From IMG/VR virus record IMGVR_UViG_3300007963_000001: 64,000 nt of DNA; one strand, given 5' to 3'. The position numbers were made by a program, and so were the translations under genes. Positions 1 to 8,824 of this stretch are shown here, piece after piece. The DNA comes from an uncultured virus (IMG/VR IMGVR_UViG_3300007963_000001). Its lineage: Duplodnaviria > Heunggongvirae > Uroviricota > Caudoviricetes. The stretch's first letter is position 1. Every line of letters begins with the position of its first letter. The notes below the pieces were generated by a model. It made no database searches. It worked only from the letters and a program-made list of their open reading frames with translations, and had not been told where the DNA came from.

Positions 1-1
1 C

Positions 2-3000
2 GAGTGCTATTGAGTGGTCAGCAGAAGTTATTGTTGAAAGAACATCTTTTCCAATGCCTATGTTTCCTGTTGCTCCATTCAATGTTCCTGTCGTTGGTGC
101 TGAACCGTCACTATCTGTTTGAATGAGAATTGAATCTGTGAAATTGGTAGCATCGAGAAGAACATCTGTGAGTTCTCCGAGAGTGGATGCGCCACCACCC
201 CCAGCAGTAGCGAATGTGAGAGTTCCACTTCCATCGGTTTGAAGGACTTGATTAGCACTTCCATCGGCGGCTGGGAATGAGTAGGCATCGTTGAACTTGA
301 TGACTCCACTACTATCTCCTTCAATCCATTTCACATGGGCTGACCCTCCTGAGTTAGCACCCCATATCTTGAGTCGCTGACTATCAGTTGCACCTGCATT
401 AACAACATCAGACCCAATCAGAACATTCCCATAGCCGGAAGAAGTGTTCCAACCGACAGACGAACCGAGCATAACATTGCGATTACCAGTAGCCGCCCGA
501 CCAGCACTTCTGCCGATGAGTGTGTTCGCACTTCCAGTTGAACCCTTACCAGCCCAATGACCTACCGCAGTTGTGCCGTAGGATTGTGAAGCATCACCCA
601 ATGCCTCGTAGCCGATTGCAGTGACAGTGTTAGTTCCACCCACACCTCTTGCGGCGTTATATCCAACGGCGGTCATTTCAGTTCCAGTAGTCGCAGTCAT
701 ACCTGCTTGATATCCAATCAGAGTTGCGCCAGTCATGGTAGTGATTGCCGTTCCAGCATTGTAGCCAATCATGACCGTTTTATCAGCAGTCGTGAGCGCA
801 TCGCCGGAGTGGTTTCCGATTGCGATGTTGTATTCCCCGCCAGCGATTGCGCCGCCCAATGCCTCGTAGCCGATTCCGAGATTGTCTGATTCTGTGTCCG
901 GCACATACAAACTGCGATATCCGATAGCGAGATTTCGATGTCCAGTGGTCGTTGCTTTGAGAGCATCAGTTCCAACAAGTGTTGAGCGTTCTCCAGTCGT
1001 CAAAGCATATCCGGCAGAACTGCCAATTGCGACAGTATCTCTTGCAGATGTGAAATTACGAAATGCATTCGCGCCAACTGCTACATTTGAATCACCATGA
1101 TTTGTGTGGGTGCTATTTCCATAGCCAGCGAAATATCCAATCATTGTATTGCTATTTGCATCCTCAGTTTGTTGCATAGCCCAATGACCCATTACTGTGT
1201 TTGACGAACCCCCACTATCATTCTCCAATGCTCTTGCACCGACAAGAGTATTTCCTGAATTAGTGTTGGTCTTTCCAGCACTGTGTCCAATCGCAACTCC
1301 TTCGGTCTGAGTAGTCCATGATTGACCCGCATAGAATCCGACACCAACTGCGAATGAACCCGTAGTCAAATTACCTAATGCTAACCTACCGATGGCAGTG
1401 TTGTAATCACCAGTTGTGGTGCTTTGCAATGCACCAATACCAAGTGATACTGATTGTTGCGCCCCATCAACATTTGATGGCACAGTTCCTACGAACATTG
1501 AATTGTTTTCAATCAGGACATCAGACAATCCATCGAGTGATGAAGCACCACCTGATGATACAGTAGCCCAAGTATTGTCGCCTCTAAGATAGGTTGAGGA
1601 TGATGCCGTTCCTGATGCTGACAACATGGCTAAATCCACAGCACCAGCCTGAATCGTTGATGCGGCAGTTATGTTTCCTCCACCATTGAAAGCACCACTA
1701 TTCCATACCACATCTCCAGTCATGGCTATGGTTCTTCCAGTAGTCAATGTCGCCGCACTACCTGTTGTGCTTTGATTGAGTGTTGGGAAGCCCGTTGCAT
1801 TGGTGAGAACTATTGCAGAAGGTGTTCCCAAGTCAGGGGTTGTAAGTGTCGGACTCGACAGGGTTTTATTCGTCATGGTTTGTGTTCCAGTCAGAGTCGC
1901 CACAGTTGAATCAATGTTCAGTGTCACCGAACCTGATGTTCCACCACCACTCAAACCAGTTCCAGCAATTACGCCACTGATATCACCAGCAATAGTAGCC
2001 CAAGTGTTGTCACCTCTAAGATAGGTTGAGGATGATGCTGTGCCTGTTGCAGATAACATTGCTATATCGACAGCACCAGCCTGAATTGTTGAAGTGGATG
2101 TGACATTTCCTCCACCGTTGAAAGCACCTGAGTTCCAAACTACATCGCCCGTCATCGCTATGGTTCTTCCAGTGGTCAGGGTAGCCGCACTACCTGTGGT
2201 ATTCTGATTGAGTGTTGGGAAGCCAGTTGCGTTAGTGAGATTGATTGCAGAAGGTGTTCCCAAATTAGGAGTTGTCAGAGTTTTGTTTGTGAGAGTCTGA
2301 GTTCCTGTGAGAGTTGCAACTGTTGAGTCGATACTCAGTGAAACAGTTCCCGAAGTTCCCCCACCACTCAGACCAGTCGATGCGGTCACTCCAGTTATGT
2401 CGCCAGTTGTGTCATCAACCCAAGATACTGTTCCACTGCCATCGGTTTGAAGAATCTGATTTGCTGAACCATCTGCCGTAGGAAATGTGAATGCCCCATT
2501 GAATTGAACACCACTGCTTGATAGTCGTAATCTTTCAACACCACCTGTGGTTAAACCAAGCGTGTCTGCGGCTGGAAAATACATTCCTGTATTTGTGTCG
2601 GCAACTGATGTGAATGAAGCACTTCCAACTGACCCCCCTGTGTTTGTCTTGAAAGAAGATGAAGCCGTATCATACTTGTTGTAAAGCCAAGCACCACCTG
2701 TGACATTTTCAGCCAGTCCAATCATGACCTTCCCATCGGGGCGAATCCTGAATGATGAATTGCCCGAACCCGTATCACTATCAACCAAGAATCTGTGTCC
2801 TGTTCCTGTTTGAATAATTTCAACCAATGTGTCATCGCTTTCATCAGTAATAGTGACCTGTTCTGAACCAGCAGTCAAAGTTGTAGCAATGAGTCCAGTG
2901 AGTGTCGGAGTCGACAGGGTTGGAGAAGTCAGAGTTTTGTTTGTGAGAGTCTGAGTTCCTGTGAGAGTTGCTACTGTCGAATCAATACTCAAAGTTGCGC

Positions 3001-6000
3001 TACCGGAAGTCGCCCCTCCACTCAGTCCAGTCGATGCTACCACTGCGGTAATGTCGCCTGAGCCTGTGCCAAATGGTAGGTTTGAAATCAATACTTTCTT
3101 TGTCGAGTTATCTGTTGAATCAACAATCGAAACATAATCCCCAGTCGCCGCTTCACTACCAAGTGCTGTGAGTTCGTGTAGGTCAAGTGCTAATGATACA
3201 GAACCCGAAGTTCCCCCGCCTGACAAACCTGTTCCAGCAGTGACTCCAGTTATGTCGCCAACTTCCATCGTAGTCCAAGAGAAAGTTCCATCCCCATCTG
3301 AGGTCAATGCTTGACCCGAACTACCATTGCCACTAACATTCAATTGAAGCGCACTGATTGAATTGTCAGCCACACCCAAAGTGACTCCACCTGATGTTCC
3401 CCCACCAGTCAGAGATTGCCCAGCAGTGACGGCTGTGATATCTCCTACATTCGTGGTGTAGCCATAGGACAGAATCTTGTCTTGGATGGCGGCAGAAGTC
3501 ATGACGGTAGTATCGTTATCTGCGAATGATTCACTACTCAATTGAACTGCGGCTGGGGCGATGTTTGAGAATGCAACAGACGACAAAGTTGCTAACGAAC
3601 CTAAGCCGAGATTGGTGCGAGCAGATGATGCTGATGTTGCACCCGTTCCACCATCTCCAATTGCAAGAGTTCCAGTGATTGATGATGCACCCAAATCAAC
3701 TGCAAGTTCTGTTGATTCGATAACCAATCCACCATTCGATTTCAGGTCAGTGCTGAATGTAGTTCCACTCAGGTCAAGACCATTACCAGCCGAGTAGGTT
3801 GTGTTGGTATCTGTGGCATTGAATGTGAGTGTCGAACCCGACAGGCTTGTTGTGACATTCGTTCCACCAGCGAAAGTGATAGTTCCTGAACTTGAGATGG
3901 CAGTTGAACCACTATCTCCAGCAAACCCAACTGAGGTCACAGTTCCAGTGGTGGATGAGAAGTTGGAATCATTGTTGAAACCTGAGAGGTTGATGTTTGC
4001 CTTTGTGAGTTTCTTTTGACCATTGGATGAATCCACGACAACAAAGAAATCTCCATCTCCATTAGATGTCGAAGTCGATAGTTCAGATAAGTCAAGAGTG
4101 ATGGTTGGATTTCCTGAAACACCACTTCCATTGGTGATGTCGATTCCGACACCTTCTGAGATAGTTCGCCCGCCGAGTAAGTTGCCGTTTGCATCTGCAA
4201 ACACAATGCCGTTGGTTGCACCCGATTGTTGGATTGCACCGACAATCAAATCGGAGTTTGCATATCCTGAATCTGTTGGGTCAACGGTAGTGGCTGAACT
4301 CAAGTCCTCAGTCGTGGTGAATAATCGGAACTTCCCAGCACTTGCATCTCTCAGAAGTCCTGAGTAGTAGGTGTTGGTGTCAACATACTTTCCAATGATT
4401 CCCAAGTCAACACTGTTGGCCGCATTGTTATCTCCAACCACCACCATCGGGTCATCGACTGTGAGAGTCTGAGTGTTGATAGTAGTAGTCGTTCCATTCA
4501 CAGTGAGGTCAGAAGAAATTACCACACTTCCACCAACAGTCAAAGTAGTTCCATCGAAAGTCAATCCTGACTCTGCATTCATTGCATCTGTTCCAGTTGC
4601 AGTCAGGATTCTGTTGTTGACTCCATTAGCCATGAAGTCAGACACATCAACACTGAATGTAGTTCCAGCCAAATCCAATCCTGAACCAGCAGAATAGGTT
4701 GTGTCCGTTGAAGCGATTGTAAGCGTGTCTGACCCTGCACTGGTAGTCAAGGACACATTGCTACCTGCGGCAACCGTGAGCGTGTCTGAATTGCTATCTG
4801 CAACGATATCTGACTGACCACTGACTGTGATGGTCTTGAAGATGTTCTGAGATGAACCCAAGTCTGTGTTTGAGAATGTAGTTCCAGCCAAACCGATTCC
4901 TGTTCCGGCGGAGTAAGTTGTGTCTGTTCCAGTAATAGTCAGAGTATCTGTTCCAGCATTTGTCGTCAGGGTGATGTTGCTACCTTCCGCAAGAGTCAAT
5001 GTATCTGCATTGGTGTCTGCTACAATATCTGATTGCCCACTCACTGAAATTGTCTTGAAGATATTTTGAGATGAACCCAAATCTGAATTGGTGAAGGTGA
5101 CTGCACCTGTCGAACCCGACACGGATATTCCTGTGCCAGCCACAGCCGAAGTCACGCCAGTATTGGAAATCGTGACTGCACCAGTTGCACCTGAAACTGA
5201 GATTCCGCTTCCAGCAACATTCGATGTGACACCTGTGTTTGCTAATGTGATAGAACCACTACTGGTGATTGGACTTCCTGAAACAGATAATCCAGTGCCA
5301 CCTGTGACACCAACACTGGTCACAGTTCCAGCAGTTCCAGCGAGGGTGATTGTATCTCCTGTTTCTGAGATTGTGATGTTGCTACCTGCGGCGAGAGTCA
5401 CCGATGAAGTTCCACTACCTGAACCACCTGCTGTCAAATCTATCTTAGCACCTGAACCGGATGTCGAACTCGATAGAGCATAGGTAGTGTCGTCATCGGT
5501 GCTTGAGATAGTAAGTTGGGTTGCTGATGTTCGTGCAATCGAAGTTGCCCCGCTACCAGTCAAAGTCACATTGTCTGTCGTTCCATCAGAACCAGTCAAT
5601 CTGAGATTGGTAGTTGCGGCTGGAACACCCAAGTCATAGGTTGTGTTTGCGTCTGTGCTATTCACATTCTGCCACTTGCTTGTGGAACTATTGTATTGCA
5701 GAGTTTGGGTGTTCTGCAAGTTCGTTAATTGCACATCTGTAAGTTCGCTAATCGCACTTGCACCCGAACCACCCTTAGTCAGAAACCAAGCGTTAGTTGC
5801 GGTCTTGTGGATATCACCACTTTCTTTGGTGTCGATGTTGGATTCGACAGATGATATTGTGACTCCTGTATCACCAGCAAAGGTCACAACACCAGCACCC
5901 AAGTTGATGAATGGGATTCGTGTTAGATTGGCTGGATATCCAACCGAAGCATTGGTTGGGATTGTGATTGTAATTGCACTTGAAGAATTGAATCTGAGAA

Positions 6001-6211
6001 TCTTTCCTTCGTCTGCTCTGACCAATGTGTAGTTGGCTGTGATGTCTTTGACTGGGCGAACATCAACTGCCCTTCCACCAGCAGTTGAACCATCACCGAC
6101 AAACAGTGCTTGGGAAGTTGTATCTTTGACGAGTTGCTCCGCATCGAGAGTCACAGACAATCGTTCTGTTTCTGTGCCGGAGATGAGATTTTCATTGTTG
6201 GTTCGGGGCAT
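2..6211 (-). CDS. Giant tail fibre/adhesin, >2070 aa, truncated at the window edge (not in ORF track)
   Basis: ATG at 6211 reads MPRTNNENLISGTETERLSVTLDAEQLVKDTTSQALFVGDGSTAGG (Mtd N-terminal-like). G/S/T-rich with GDITxVTAGTGLSGG and NTAIG-type repeats. Same frame still open at position 2 (...GKDVLSTITSADHSIAL). Interior spot-checked only. Confidence 0.85.
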   Translation of the reverse strand, partial: MPRTNNENLISGTETERLSVTLDAEQLVKDTTSQALFVGDGSTAGGRAVDVRPVKDITANYTLVRADEGKILRFNSSSAITITIPTNASVGYPANLTRIPFINLGAGVVTFAGDTGVTISSVESNIDTKESGDIHKTATNAWFLTKGGSGASAISELTDVQLTNLQNTQTLQYNSSTSKWQNVNSTDANTTYDLGVPAATTNLRLTGSDGTTDNVTLTGSGATSIARTSATQLTISSTDDDTTYALSSSTSGSGAKIDLTAGGSGSGTSSVTLAAGSNITISETGDTITLAGTAGTVTSVGVTGGTGLSVSGSPITSSGSITLANTGVTSNVAGSGISVSGATGAVTISNTGVTSAVAGTGISVSGSTGAVTFTNSDLGSSQNIFKTISVSGQSDIVADTNADTLTLAEGSNITLTTNAGTDTLTITGTDTTYSAGTGIGLAGTTFSNTDLGSSQNIFKTITVSGQSDIVADSNSDTLTVAAGSNVSLTTSAGSDTLTIASTDTTYSAGSGLDLAGTTFSVDVSDFMANGVNNRILTATGTDAMNAESGLTFDGTTLTVGGSVVISSDLTVNGTTTTINTQTLTVDDPMVVVGDNNAANSVDLGIIGKYVDTNTYYSGLLRDASAGKFRLFTTTEDLSSATTVDPTDSGYANSDLIVGAIQQSGATNGIVFADANGNLLGGRTISEGVGIDITNGSGVSGNPTITLDLSELSTSTSNGDGDFFVVVDSSNGQKKLTKANINLSGFNNDSNFSSTTGTVTSVGFAGDSGSTAISSSGTITFAGGTNVTTSLSGSTLTFNATDTNTTYSAGNGLDLSGTTFSTDLKSNGGLVIESTELAVDLGASSITGTLAIGDGGTGATSASSARTNLGLGSLATLSSVAFSNIAPAAVQLSSESFADNDTTVMTSAAIQDKILSYGYTTNVGDITAVTAGQSLTGGGTSGGVTLGVADNSISALQLNVSGNGSSGQALTSDGDGTFSWTTMEVGDITGVTAGTGLSGGGTSGSVSLALDLHELTALGSEAATGDYVSIVDSTDNSTKKVLISNLPFGTGSGDITAVVASTGLSGGATSGSATLSIDSTVATLTGTQTLTNKTLTSPTLSTPTLTGLIATTLTAGSEQVTITDESDDTLVEIIQTGTGHRFLVDSDTGSGNSSFRIRPDGKVMIGLAENVTGGAWLYNKYDTASSSFKTNTGGSVGSASFTSVADTNTGMYFPAADTLGLTTGGVERLRLSSSGVQFNGAFTFPTADGSANQILQTDGSGTVSWVDDTTGDITGVTASTGLSGGGTSGTVSLSIDSTVATLTGTQTLTNKTLTTPNLGTPSAINLTNATGFPTLNQNTTGSAATLTTGRTIAMTGDVVWNSGAFNGGGNVTSTSTIQAGAVDIAMLSATGTASSSTYLRGDNTWATIAGDISGVIAGTGLSGGGTSGSVTLNIDSTVATLTGTQTMTNKTLSSPTLTTPDLGTPSAIVLTNATGFPTLNQSTTGSAATLTTGRTIAMTGDVVWNSGAFNGGGNITAASTIQAGAVDLAMLSASGTASSSTYLRGDNTWATVSSGGASSLDGLSDVLIENNSMFVGTVPSNVDGAQQSVSLGIGALQSTTTGDYNTAIGRLALGNLTTGSFAVGVGFYAGQSWTTQTEGVAIGHSAGKTNTNSGNTLVGARALENDSGGSSNTVMGHWAMQQTEDANSNTMIGYFAGYGNSTHTNHGDSNVAVGANAFRNFTSARDTVAIGSSAGYALTTGERSTLVGTDALKATTTGHRNLAIGYRSLYVPDTESDNLGIGYEALGGAIAGGEYNIAIGNHSGDALTTADKTVMIGYNAGTAITTMTGATLIGYQAGMTATTGTEMTAVGYNAARGVGGTNTVTAIGYEALGDASQSYGTTAVGHWAGKGSTGSANTLIGRSAGRAATGNRNVMLGSSVGWNTSSGYGNVLIGSDVVNAGATDSQRLKIWGANSGGSAHVKWIEGDSSGVIKFNDAYSFPAADGSANQVLQTDGSGTLTFATAGGGGASTLGELTDVLLDATNFTDSILIQTDSDGSAPTTGTLNGATGNIGIGKDVLSTITSADHSIAL
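1563..2410. repeat. Diverged in-frame tandem duplication (~432 bp period) in the tail fibre
   Basis: 'tagcccaagt...cctctaagataggttgaggatgatgc' at 1564 and 1996; partial third copy near 2929-3060. Confidence 0.85.
4694..5086. repeat. Second in-frame duplication (~219 bp period) in the tail fibre
   Basis: Two copies of DLGSSQNIFKTI(T/S)VSGQSDIVAD. Confidence 0.75.
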
Positions 6212-6255
6212 ACGCTAACCTCAATATGAGTATCAGCACAGAAAGGGGTTATTGG

Positions 6256-6543
6256 CTATATCCCAGCATTCCAAACTTCCCATGTTTCTCCAGTGCCATG
6301 TGTGAACTCTAAGACGATGTGTTTTGATACAGTTGGATTCACAACGAGATTTGGTGAAACCAAGCACTCAATAAATCTCAATGGGTCATTGCAATGGTTG
6401 CCCTCGACCTTGATTATTCGACCATCAAGTTCGATAGTCCAGCGATGTTCACTTTGAATCATATTCACCAACTCCCTCATGTTCTTGTCGAACCCGACAA
6501 GTCGAATCATACCATCTCCAACATTCTCACTCCAAGATATCAT
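6256..6543 (-). CDS. Hypothetical protein (start moved to ATG 6543)
   Basis: MISWSENVGDG...; TGATG overlap with the upstream mini-ORF. Confidence 0.6.
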   Translation of the reverse strand: MISWSENVGDGMIRLVGFDKNMRELVNMIQSEHRWTIELDGRIIKVEGNHCNDPLRFIECLVSPNLVVNPTVSKHIVLEFTHGTGETWEVWNAGI

Positions 6544-6626
6544 CAAACCAACATCCCGATTTTCTTGGCAACCCAATTCCAAAACGGACTGAACTCAACA
6601 CTCGCAATTCCATCTTCATCAGTCAT
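6543..6626 (-). CDS. 27-aa translationally coupled mini-ORF
   Basis: MTDEDGIASVEFSPFWNWVAKKIGMLV; ATGA overlap upstream and TGATG overlap downstream. Confidence 0.5.
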   Translation of the reverse strand: MTDEDGIASVEFSPFWNWVAKKIGMLV

Positions 6627-6922
6627 CGCCAGTCCTCTGAAAAACTCTGATTGTCGAAATCTATCCTGTCGAGTTCGACAGGCATCTCAAGTCCGTGTTG
6701 GATTTTTTGAAGAATGTCCTCAATCAAAACAAGAGGATTGTAATTGCAACCAGCACCAACTCTGACTTTGCCTTGACCATCATAACCCAAGAATGAGAAA
6801 CTCCAATGGGAAGAACCAGTAGCAACCTGAATCAAATCTTCACCTGATTCATTCTGACCAATCAAACGGTGATTGTTTAGAATGTCAACAGACCATACAA
6901 TTTGGCTCACGAACATAGACAA
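6623..6922 (-). CDS. Hypothetical protein
   Basis: 99-aa ORF coupled to downstream ORFs. Confidence 0.6.
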   Translation of the reverse strand: MSMFVSQIVWSVDILNNHRLIGQNESGEDLIQVATGSSHWSFSFLGYDGQGKVRVGAGCNYNPLVLIEDILQKIQHGLEMPVELDRIDFDNQSFSEDWR

Positions 6923-6989
6923 TGTGTTCCGGCTATTGACTATTGTTAGAAGAAGTGGTAGTGTTGGAGAACTCTAAACGCCTCATTCC

Positions 6990-7085
6990 GGTATCAATAG
7001 AGCCAATCTGAGCCACTCTTTGCCTTCTGAGGTCAATACCCACCACCGACTAATTCGATGGCCGCTATGCCGTTTTATTGATATC
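6990..7085. repeat. Dispersed ~90-bp inverted-repeat element, copy 1
   Basis: tatcaatagagccaatctgagcc...aggtcaatacccaccac...ttttattgatatc. Confidence 0.7.
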
Positions 7086-7586
7086 TGTATCATCAACAGG
7101 ATTTCCGTTTGCTTCAATATCCGCCTTAATCAGATTCTCAAAGACCTGTCCAGCAGATAATCCAATCTTTCTCCAAGCATGAACATAGTCCATAGAATCG
7201 GGAGAAAGCATCACAGTAATTTGCCTCTTGTTTTCTCTCGCTTTCTGAGTCACGCCAACTGCCTTCTCAGCATCAGCGAGAGTGATGTCCTTCCTGATAG
7301 AGAATGCTTTCGTGAATCTCTCATTGCCGTGATGGTTAGTTCCATTCCTTCCCAATACTTCTGTGACTATCACATCATCGTAATCTCTTGCGAGTTGGTT
7401 CATGATGTATGCAATTTGTTTGGGGGTCTTGCCTCGCATCGACACTGGCAGTTTCTCATCATCTCGGATATACCCAACAATCTCTGATGGTTTCATTGGC
7501 GAACTATGGTGTTCGCTACCATTGAAAATTGCTCTTACTATTGCTTGCCTTAGACTCTTTGTGATTCGCTTTGTCATATTACTCAA
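7065..7586 (-). CDS. Putative DNA-binding protein (winged-helix-like N-term, RHH-like C-term)
   Basis: PMKPSEIVGYIR helix pattern; C-terminal RQITVMLSPDSMDYVHAWRKIGLSAGQVFENLI resembles a ribbon-helix-helix. Confidence 0.6.
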   Translation of the reverse strand: MSNMTKRITKSLRQAIVRAIFNGSEHHSSPMKPSEIVGYIRDDEKLPVSMRGKTPKQIAYIMNQLARDYDDVIVTEVLGRNGTNHHGNERFTKAFSIRKDITLADAEKAVGVTQKARENKRQITVMLSPDSMDYVHAWRKIGLSAGQVFENLIKADIEANGNPVDDTDINKTA

Positions 7587-8781
7587 CTCCTTCTTTCTTT
7601 ACCAAATGTGGAAACTTGATTTCTCCCTGTCTGCACTGGGGGCATGGTGCAGTATCTTCTCGGTTAGTATCACCACACTTAACGATGACCTTGATATTGC
7701 ATTGTGGGCATCGGAAATAGTCGGAATAGTAGGCATAGCCACCACCAGTTTTGTCGATGATTTTGACCCCTCGATAATCCGTGTGAGATGGAATCCACGC
7801 CGAACCATCTTGCTTGATTTTTTCAGTGGTGGAAATAGTGTGAGTCATGGTTATCCTATCGGCACACAAATCGAGGAATGTGATTAGATGATTTGCTTGG
7901 TTGGGGCATTGTTTGAGCCGGAGGTTTGTAGCCCAATTGGTTGCAGTTGAGAAGATATTATCTTCCGAATCTTCGTGTGCATGGACTTGCAACGAGAAGT
8001 TAGTCGAGTCGCCAATGTGCATCAAATCATACACACCATCAGCACCGAGAATCCCTTTGAGGATGGCTTCTGCCTTAGACCAGTTGAGCCACACGAACTG
8101 ACCGAATTGCATCGTGTAATTTCCGTCATCTTCCTTAGCGATGGGCGTAATACTTCCACCCATGTTTTTCGGTTGGCGAATTGCAGATTTGTTGATGACG
8201 AAGATGGCTGGGTCGAACTTGAACTCATTAGTTGGGTCATCGCATAATTTCTCGACTACCATTCGCTTCAAATCAGAAGGCGTGTATATCCCCGTCTGCG
8301 AGGCCAATAAGTCGAACCCCATAGGCAACGCAATCATGTAGGCATTCTCCCCATCATCATGCAAAATCATGAATGCAGGGAAGGAAGCATAGCCCCCCTT
8401 CAATTTGTTGTAAAGACTTCCATCAACCACATCAGTAGTGATTTTGACATTCTCAGCCCACCTCATGTTCTCATGTGAAAAATGCGCCTGAACTTCTTTT
8501 GTGTTGTATGACTCAATGTCGGATGTTTGTCGGATTTTTTTGCTGACTGATTTCCATGTCGAAGCCGACACACACGCGGAAGGAAAACCGCACTCACTGA
8601 GATGACCGAAATCGAGATTGAATGGGTTGCCCCTTCCATCGGTCATCGCACTGGCATAATTCACCCATGAACCATTTCTGATTCTCCTGAACCGACCCTC
8701 TGACGCGGCGGGTTTTGCAGTTTGATGATGTTTCCAATCTTCAAGCCGCAACTTGATTGGTCTGATATTCCTAATGCTCAT
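7579..8781 (-). CDS. Hypothetical protein with C-terminal zinc ribbon
   Basis: 400 aa; CPQC...CPQC; GGAG upstream. Confidence 0.75.
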   Translation of the reverse strand: MSIRNIRPIKLRLEDWKHHQTAKPAASEGRFRRIRNGSWVNYASAMTDGRGNPFNLDFGHLSECGFPSACVSASTWKSVSKKIRQTSDIESYNTKEVQAHFSHENMRWAENVKITTDVVDGSLYNKLKGGYASFPAFMILHDDGENAYMIALPMGFDLLASQTGIYTPSDLKRMVVEKLCDDPTNEFKFDPAIFVINKSAIRQPKNMGGSITPIAKEDDGNYTMQFGQFVWLNWSKAEAILKGILGADGVYDLMHIGDSTNFSLQVHAHEDSEDNIFSTATNWATNLRLKQCPNQANHLITFLDLCADRITMTHTISTTEKIKQDGSAWIPSHTDYRGVKIIDKTGGGYAYYSDYFRCPQCNIKVIVKCGDTNREDTAPCPQCRQGEIKFPHLVKKEGVE

Positions 8782-8824
8782 GTTGACCCTCCATTACTCC
8801 TTTGCCGTTTCCAAGCCCTCAGAC

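Noticed and set aside
1563..3060. Tail-fibre repeats as a DGR template/variable pair
   Set aside because: Differences are not adenine-specific, both copies are in frame in one gene, and no reverse transcriptase is seen
707..6218. Many + strand ORFs in the track (also opposite the tape measure, protease and CobT-like genes)
   Set aside because: Antisense shadows of long minus-strand genes with no recognisable motifs
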